Source: Chiloscyllium plagiosum (taxonomy: Eukaryota). From it: a stretch of 44,428 nucleotides of DNA. Where the stretch lies: assembly GCF_004010195.1 (NCBI RefSeq), contig NC_057728.1:54273607-54318034 (forward strand), written 5' to 3'. Every line of letters begins with the position of its first letter. The first letter of the stretch is position 1. Under the pieces are notes generated by a model. It made no database searches and was not told the origin of the DNA. It was given only the letters and a program-made list of their open reading frames with translations. Made by a program: the position numbers and the translations under genes. Shown here piece by piece: positions 36,862 through 44,428 of the stretch.

Positions 36862-36962
36862 GAGAAAGTGAGGTCTGCAGATGCTGGAGATCAGAGATGG
36901 AAATGTGTTGCTGGAAAAGCGCAGCAGGTCAGGCAGCATCTAGGGAACAGGAGAATCGACGT
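36862..36962 (-). mobile_element. Solo PLE pLTR truncated inside the hammerhead
   Basis: Nearly identical to 33072-33172; 12-bp TSD ttctggttggag at 36850-36861 and 36963-36974. Confidence 0.9.
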
Positions 36963-36995
36963 TTCTGGTTGGAGTACATGGGTATTCCTGGCTAG

Positions 36996-38152
36996 ATTGC
37001 CCATTCCTAATTGCCAGGCAAGCAGTTAAGAATCAAGTACATTGCAGTCACATGTAGGCCAAACTGGGTAAGGATGGTTCTTTTCCTTTCCTACAAGGTA
37101 TTAATGAACTAGATGGACGAAGGAGAAGATGCCAAAGTAAACATAGTCTCTTAAGGACTGGGGAAATAATAATAAGAAAATGAAAGAGGAGCTGAATAAA
37201 TACATTGCATTGGTCTTCTCAATTGAGGATGCTAATATCGTTCCAAAAATATTAAATAATCAATTCCAAACTGGTTTGGGAAGTAAACACAACAACTATT
37301 GCTCAAGGGAAAAATCCTATGGAAACAAATAGGGTTGAAAAACCAACAAATCCTCTGAACGTGATGAGTTGCATCCTAGATTTTGAGGAAGTAGCTGCAG
37401 AAATAGTGTATGCACTGATAGTAATTGTCCAAGAATCCTTAGATTCTAGAAAATGTCCTGGAGGTTTGGAACACTGCCAATGTAACATCAAATTATTAAA
37501 AAGGGAGGGAAACAAAAACAGGTAACTATAGGTCAGTTATTTTTAACATTTGTCATTGGGAAAATCTTAATAAGGGGTGCAATAGAAATGCGTCATATAA
37601 TCAGAGTCAACATGGTTGCCAGAAGGAGAAACTCCTGCTGACAAAGGTATTCAAATTTGTTGAGCGAACAACAAGGATAGATAAAAAGAATGCATGTCTG
37701 GCATAAGTGCCTTGGAGGTTGCCCAACTAAACCTTCAAAGTGACTGTGATAGCAGGTGCCCATGACCTGTAATGCAGTTTGGTCATATGCAACATGGAGG
37801 TCCTTCGGAGCAATGATGAGCTGATTTCGCCAGGTCCTCACTGGTTTCTGTGTAAAGTTTTCTCAACATCTAGTGTGTTTAGTAAGATATAACTGTTAAT
37901 TTACACTAATTATCAGGAATCTTACATAGTAAGATCGGAAGCTGAATGTTAATGAGGTGGGATGGCCATTAACGAGGTGCATCATAACGGGCATTTCCAG
38001 ACTTCTCGTACAATTCTGCTGCAAATCCTACCATCGCCAGCATCACATGAGCCCTTACAAGATTTTGCCCATAGTCCAGCTGTTATGATGGGATTTGAGC
38101 CTGTCCCCCCAGAGCATTAGCCTGTGTCTTTAGACCTGTAACCTTACCACTA
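36996..38152 (-). mobile_element. SINE of the 905-1300 family, in two pieces (about 36996-37115 and 38076-38152)
   Basis: Both pieces are reverse-complement homologous to 905-1260; intervening DNA includes a CR1 fragment. Confidence 0.6.
37125..37690 (+). mobile_element. Old CR1 ORF2 fragment
   Basis: ELNKYIALVFS, EVAAEIVYALIVIVQESLDS and ggtaactataggtcagtt (GNYRPV-like). Confidence 0.75.
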
Positions 38153-41100
38153 TCCCCACTATAACATAAAAATATGGGAACAGTTAAAGCTGAATCTTGG
38201 AAGCCATTGAAAGCTAGCACATTGCTGAAACAAAATGAAATAAATGTAAGTCAGTATTGAAGTTGCTCACAAATCCAATGGCTTTCGTAATTCTTACCTG
38301 AAATATTCTTTCATTAAACTTAATGCATTTATTATGGGAGGAAATGTAGTTTATTTAGGAAACTTCCAGTATACAATTATTTTAGATTAAAATGTTAGCT
38401 CAAATACTATTAATGCTGGGATTGTTGAACAATTAGCATTCTCATTAAGGAGAACAGATTGTGTGTCGAAACATCAGAACTTTCTTTTGCCAAGTGGAAA
38501 TAAGATAATGCTGTACATAATATGTTAAATACTGTGCTTCCTGTAAGGACTCCAAGCAGTTGCAACAGTTTCTGTTTCCATTGCATTCCATCTGACAATA
38601 CCATGATGTGTAAAATATCTCTCTTCATTTGGTGACCCACCACCACTGCAGGTGGCTTCGCTGTCATCATCTATGATTTCCACAACTCTAAATGAACCAG
38701 CCTCTAAACTCCTCCTGTTGAAAGTAACAGTTCACTACATGACAGCTAGCACATGTTCCCGCCACTGCATTGCTAGATTTTCTTATCCCTGCATCATTAC
38801 ATCTGAGAATATGTGCATTCAGTGCGCCCAAAGTGCCAAACAATCCTCCTTTGCATGAAATTTGCAGATGTGTTAAACCTGCTGTCCACTGCAGGGTGTC
38901 CTTTGCATTTGGAATACCAAAGATTGATGAGATGACCACTTTGTCAAACATCCTGAAGCTTTCTGTCACTTGACATTTCAGACCTCTAGCCCGCTCCAAC
39001 TCAGACCTCTGTTCTTAAACTTATGCACTGTTTTAGTTCAGCTTAACACAATCTCAGAGAACAGCAGTTTTCCATTTGTTTAGGTACTTTGCTCCCCTGT
39101 GATCCTGTTGATTTTAATAATTTAGACTTCAGTTATAGTTTTTCTTCAGGATATGCTTGCATTGTTGATAGCGTACTTGTATTTTCAAGGAGTGTTGCCT
39201 GTTGGAGGTGGCATAGTTGGCACTGTAGTACTCAACACCTATGAAGTGTATCTATTTGTTCTCTGGGGCTAGGATCCTGTACCTTTGCAAAATTCCCTGT
39301 TCCCATTTTCACTTGTCTTGCCTCGCAAAAGACACACATCCCACCCTAACCGCTGCAACATTACTGGTACATTCTGTGCCTCATTATTCATGTTTAATGT
39401 AACAATGCATTTATGCATTCTAAGGATCATTTTACATTCAACTATTTTCTTTCTCCCCCTCTATCTATTGTAGTGTTCCTCTCATTTCTTCCAGTTTTGG
39501 TAAAGGGTCTAGACTGGAAATCTAAATTTGCCTATTCCTCAGCAAGTTGCTAATTGATGTGCTGAATTTTTCCCATTTCTATTTCAAAATTCGTTTTTGT
39601 GCTTTTTATGTTTCTTTAATCAATGATCTCTGAAAAGTCATTCTTTTAAAATACCTAGTCAAAATGTCAGAGGCTCCAATACTGCAGCTTGTTTGGGAGT
39701 GTTTTTGTTGTGTGGAAAATATAGGGACAGCTAAAGTTTCAAGAATTATTTCTGTTCCTTCGTTTCCTGTGTTACTGGTCACCCTTGACCTCACTGCTGT
39801 GAAAGCACAAATAGCCCTCGTTGGTATCTATAATAGCAACTTGTTCCATGTGCAGATACAGAGTCAGTGTCACTGTTTCACATAATTGAAAAGGAAACAT
39901 TCAAAGAATGTTCAACAAGCCATCAGCCACATAGTCTGTAGCAACTGTTCCTTCCTCTCTTCCTGTTTAAAAGTAACTTCCTTCAGGGAGAAATGCACCT
40001 CAAGGTATGTAACTGCAGAAGTTCCACAGGAAATGGTATCTCTGTGGTGCTGACAGCTAGTGTTTTTGTCACTTGGCTTGCCAGGCAGTAATGAGCTTCC
40101 TGCTGACATAAAAGATGATTTACTGATCTAAATGCCATTTCCGTGAGAAGTTTGTTATAGTTTTCCAGAGGCTACTAAAGTTAGCATCGCACAGTTGTCC
40201 AGCACATCAGTTACCAAACTGAGACTTATATTTTAAGTGCAATTAGATTTATAAAGATAGAAGTACATTCTTGGTGTTCCTTAGTAAGGCTATCTTGATA
40301 TTGCTTGTAATAAATATGACAGTTACTGAATAATGAATACCCTAGTGAAAGGTTATATTATTTTCAGTGAATCTGCACTGCAGTATTAAATGCCATGGAA
40401 CAGTAGGTTTGTGGTTCGATGTATTATATCATTTGTATGAATGGTAAAAATGATTTGTAGTATCTTAAATCTTGTGCTGATGTCAGGCAGATGTTTTAAA
40501 GTGAGCATTCTGGCGTGTTTATTGGTTGGATAAACCTGATTAGAAAGCTAGATTTTGCATTTTTATCCTTTTAGTCTTCAGATCATAGCTGCTTCCTACA
40601 CAACCACTGCACTACAATATAAAACTATAGTGGCAATTTTCTTACATTTCGTGACAATATGACTCTTAAACTCCCCAGCTGATAAAGCCATTATTTTGTT
40701 GGAAATATTTAAATGAGTGGTTGCAGGAATCTTAGAAAGAAGAGCAGGCGTTGATTCCATGGCTTGTAAAGCCCAGTCCACCATTCAACATGATCATGGC
40801 TGATCATTGGCCTCAAATCCACCTCTCTTTCCTACTCCCCCACTGCCACAACTTATTAGTTATGAATGTTGAACTCTGTCTTTGCAGTGAAGTTGATTTT
40901 GTTTTACTGAAAATGCATTTAACTGTATTTGGGTTGAGACTGGACAATCACAGAATTGTTACTGTGCAGAAGTAGGCCATTCAGCCCATGTTTGCACAGC
41001 TGTCCTAATGAACATGGTGACAGTGCCATCTCCCTGCCCATTCACCAAAACAGTGCACAATACTTCTATTTAAATAATCTAAAGCCCTGTTGAATGCCTC

Positions 41101-41203
41101 AAATGTATCTGCCTCCAGCAAACTTTTAGGCAAGTCAATGGAAGTCTGGAAACACTATTTCAACAAGGACAAGATGCATTAGGTTGCTACTACTTTAATT
41201 CCT

Positions 41204-41292
41204 TACTGCTCCTCAGATGCTGCCTGAACTGCTGTGCTTTTCCAGCACCACTCTAATCTAGAATCTGGTTTCCAGCATCTGCAGTCCTTACC
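41204..41292 (+). mobile_element. PLE pLTR 3' fragment lacking the hammerhead
   Basis: Reverse complement of 13475-13555. Confidence 0.85.
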
Positions 41293-42187
41293 TTGTTGAT
41301 TGTAAAAGTATTTTTGAATACTTTTAATGATAGTATAATACATTGCAGCTATATCATTTAAGAAATAGTTTGTTCAATATAATTAGTTCTCAATCTAGGC
41401 TTTGTCACCAGTTTTAATCTCATGCTACATTTGATGGACAAATGAGTCGAGACTCCTAATTTGAAATGAGTCCCTGGCATAGTTGCAAGGTTTAAGATGC
41501 TACAAATAGTTCACTATTCAAATGAAAGTGTCATGGTTTAGATTTTAAACCTACTTTTCTTTCCACAAAAAAAAGTTTGATTATATTTTGTGATACATAT
41601 TCAGGAATATAAAATCTAGGAAAGGTTCCACCTCACCACCACCACCCCCCCCCCCCCCCCCGCGCCATGGAAGATAAAAGTGAGATTCACAGACTATTTC
41701 TGACCACATGGGCCTGGTGATGAATTAATAAAGTACAAATTTTAAAATCTTATATGGTCTTAATGTGAGAGAAGTGCAGCTAAGTATAAAAGCTGCATGC
41801 AGCAACTTTTAGGGGCAATTGCAAAATATCTATTCATTTCTTAAATGTCCACTCAAAGTATACTTCCCCTTGTTATTTTGATCTCCTGTTGGCTAGTTAA
41901 GTAGTTCTGCAATTTATGAACATGCAAGCACATTATCCTTCCTGTTCAGTTATTTATAGTGTCACTTTTGAGAGTATTTCCTGTTGCAGTATTTCTCATC
42001 TTTGACATCCTTTATTTCTCACTGAAGGCAGTGTCTTTATCTTACCTTTTAAGTGTGATTATATTTTGAGTTAGTCATTCTCTTTAAGGAGGTTACTAGG
42101 ACTTGACTAAATCTAGAAATGTATTTGTTCCCTCAAGTGAAGAGGGTATGGTACTAATTTATTTGCATGGTTCCTTTTAGAATATGA

Positions 42188-42290
42188 GCAAACAAAAACA
42201 GAAATTGCTGGAGAAAGTCCGGTCTGGCAGCACCTGTGGGAAGAAAGCAGAGTTAAAGTTTTGAGATAAGACCGTTCCTGAACAGTCACC
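42188..42290 (-). mobile_element. PLE pLTR fragment (family of 23800)
   Basis: aaaaacagaaattgctggag...gtctggcagcacctgtgg...agagttaa. Confidence 0.72.
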
Positions 42291-42299
42291 AGACTCTGT

Positions 42300-43610
42300 C
42301 TCTGGACTGTCCTCTGTTCTTTGAGTTGCTCAGGGTAGTGTCCTAGGCCCAACTGCTGCATCAATGACCCCACCTCTCCATCATAAGGTCAGAAGTGGGG
42401 GATGTTTGCTGATGATTGCATAATATTCAGCACCATTCATGGCTCCTCAGATACTGAAAATTAGATTCCCTACAGTGTGGAAACAGGCCCTTTGGCCCAA
42501 CAAATTCACACCGACCCTCCAAAGAGCAACCCACCCAGACTCATTCCCCTACGTTTACCTGACTAATGCACCTAACGGGCAATTTAGCATGGCCAATTCA
42601 CCTAACCTGCATATCTTTGGACTGTGGAAGGAAACTGGAACACCAGGAGGAAACCCACGCAAACATGGGGAGAATGTGCAAATTCCACAGACAGTTCCCC
42701 AAAGTGGGTATTGAACCCGAGTCCCTGGCACTGTGAGGCAACAGTGCTAACCACTGAGCCACAGTGCCGTGAAGCTGACCATGTTTAAATGCAATGAGGT
42801 CTGTACAATTTCTAGGCTCGAGCTGATAAGTGGCAAGTAATGTTCAAACCACACAAATGCCAGATAATGACCATTCCTACTAAGAGACAATCTAACCATC
42901 ACCTCACGACATTGAATGATGTTAACGTCACTGAATCCCCCACTATCAAGATCCTTGGGGGTTACCATTGACCAGAAACTCAACTGGACTCACCACATAA
43001 ACGCAGTGGCTACAAGAACAGGTCAGAGGTTAGAAATAATGGAGCAAGTAGCTCACCACCTGACTCCCCAAAGACTGTCCATCATCTACAAGGCACAAGT
43101 CAGGAGTGTGATGAAATACTCCCCACTTGCTTTGATGGGTGCAGTTCCAACAATATTGAAGAAGCTTGACACCATCCAGGACAAAGCGGCTCAGTTGATT
43201 ATCGCACCGCATCCACAAGCATCTACTCCCTCCATCACCAATGCTTAGTACAGCAGTGTGCACTGTCTACAAGATTCATTGTAGAAATTCACCAAAGATT
43301 CTTAGACAACACCTTACAAACCAATAACCACCACCATCCAGAAGGACAAGGGCAGCAGACACATGGGAACACCACCTGCAAGCTGACTTCCAAGCGAATC
43401 ACTGCTTGGAAATATATCGGCATTCCTTCACTGTCATTGGGTCAAACTCCTGGAATTCCCTCCACAATGACATTGTGGATCAACTTGTAATATATTGACT
43501 GCAGCAGATTAACTGTGCAAATCACTACCATATCCTCAAAGGTAACTAGGGACCAGTAATGATTGCTGGCCAGCCAGTGACACCCGGATCCAGCGAGTGA
43601 ATTTTTAAAA
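42300..43610 (+). mobile_element. CR1/L2-group LINE, RT to 3' end, with HE1 insertion
   Basis: QGSVLGP (42331-42351), MFADD (42402-42416) and LGVTIDQKLNWTHHI...IYKAQVRS..Y. Confidence 0.88.
42461..42769 (-). mobile_element. HE1-type V-SINE
   Basis: Homologous to 10903-11220; inserted shortly after the FADD motif. Confidence 0.9.
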
Positions 43611-43699
43611 AAGGCCTGGCCATGCCATTCTAAACCTCTGAAACACATTGCCAACTTACTAAGAAATAACAGTACTTTTATTAATAAAACAAACATGTA

Positions 43700-44000
43700 T
43701 TTATAGATGCACTCCACCTCTATCACCTAGAAGAAAAAGATCAGCAGGTTCTTGGGGGCACCACTGTCTGCATTTTCCTCTCTAAGTTGCACACCATCCT
43801 GACTTAGACATATATCACTATTCCTTCACTGCCATTGGATCACAATTGTAGGATTCTTGGCTAGCAGCATTTGCTATGTACCCTCAACCAAAGGACTCAG
43901 TAGTTCAAGAAGCCAGCTCACCACCACTTTCTCCAGGGCAGTCAGGGGTGGGCAATGCTAACTTACCTGGCAATGCCCACATTCCCATGAACAAATAACA
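43700..44000 (+). mobile_element. CR1/L2-group LINE 3' end (second copy)
   Basis: Homologous to 43325-43605; ends gcccacattcccatgaacaaataa. Confidence 0.78.
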
Positions 44001-44142
44001 AAGAAGATGCAGAAGCGGAGTTGGTCTTGGCTCAGTGGTGACATTAAAGTCCCCTGAGGCAGTACTTTGATCCCATTCAGCCTTTACCAGACAGCAAAGA
44101 GGCATTCCAGTTTCTGAATACTGGGCTGACACCTAGTGGGGT

Positions 44143-44428
44143 GTGGTGCTGGAAGAGCACAGCAATTCAGGCAGCATCTGAGGACAGGCAAAATCGACGT
44201 TTCAGGCAAAAGCCCTTCATCAGGAATAAAGGCAGAGAGCCTGAAGCATGGAGAGAGTAGCATAGAGTACAATAGGGGAGGAGATGAAGGTGATAGGTCA
44301 GGGAAGAGAGGGTGGAGTGGATAGGTGGAAAAGAAGCTGGGCAGGTCGGACAAGTCCGGACAAGTCAAGGGGACAGTGTTGCTGGAGGTTAGAAACTAGG
44401 ATGAGGTGGGGGAAGGGGAAATGAGGAA
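44143..44428 (-). mobile_element. Penelope-like element 3' end with hammerhead (44196-44223), running off the window
   Basis: Near-identical to 13508-13602; purine-rich 3' UTR is the reverse complement of about 20160-20300. Confidence 0.88.

Noticed and set aside
37700..38070. Possible degenerate non-autonomous DNA transposon ending aagattttgccc
   Set aside because: The matching opposite terminus and a TSD could not be located.
38410..38999. Cluster of short ORFs (103 aa, 86 aa) in unique sequence, considered as a nested gene or transposase
   Set aside because: No recognisable domain or convincing splice structure; lengths are compatible with chance. A blastx search would settle it.
9746..41661. 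Poly-C runs (about 9746-9761, 41646-41661) and (gat)n at about 25680-25694
   Set aside because: Ordinary simple repeats with no further structure.
13470..44230. Recurring gctggaaaagc.cagcaggtcaggcagcatc repeat considered as a CRISPR-like array
   Set aside because: Copies are dispersed in both orientations with TSDs in a eukaryotic intron; they are Penelope pLTRs.
23143..44428. POC1B coiled-coil exon (LEHI..QL..LTQ) or a nested GALNT4-like gene
   Set aside because: No such peptide and no long single-exon ORF found; they presumably lie outside the window.

Overview
Vertebrate genomic DNA, very probably a shark: it carries HE1-type SINEs, HER1/CR1 LINEs and SacSINE1-like DeuSINEs, and the HE1 tails suggest a carpet/bamboo shark (inference). 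The window is almost entirely intronic. Four spliced + strand exons (1495-1628, 2018-2086, 11590-11742, 23056-23142) join in frame into the late WD40 repeats and linker of the centriolar protein POC1B; the next exon is not in the window. The introns are dense with transposon relics: CR1 LINEs, a second CR1/L2-group LINE with a partner SINE, HE1 SINEs, DeuSINEs, a solo LTR, and a decayed Gypsy element with integrase upstream of RT (Gmr1-like order). There are also about 20 Penelope-like element (PLE) pieces whose terminal repeats contain minimal hammerhead ribozyme cores. Several PLE insertions are short, non-coding, back-to-back palindromes bounded by 12-14 bp target-site duplications (TSDs). 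All family assignments come from motif recognition by eye, not database searches. Repeat boundaries are approximate unless a TSD fixes them. Three N-gaps (150-306, 13603-14443, 19288-20093) create spurious long ORFs.
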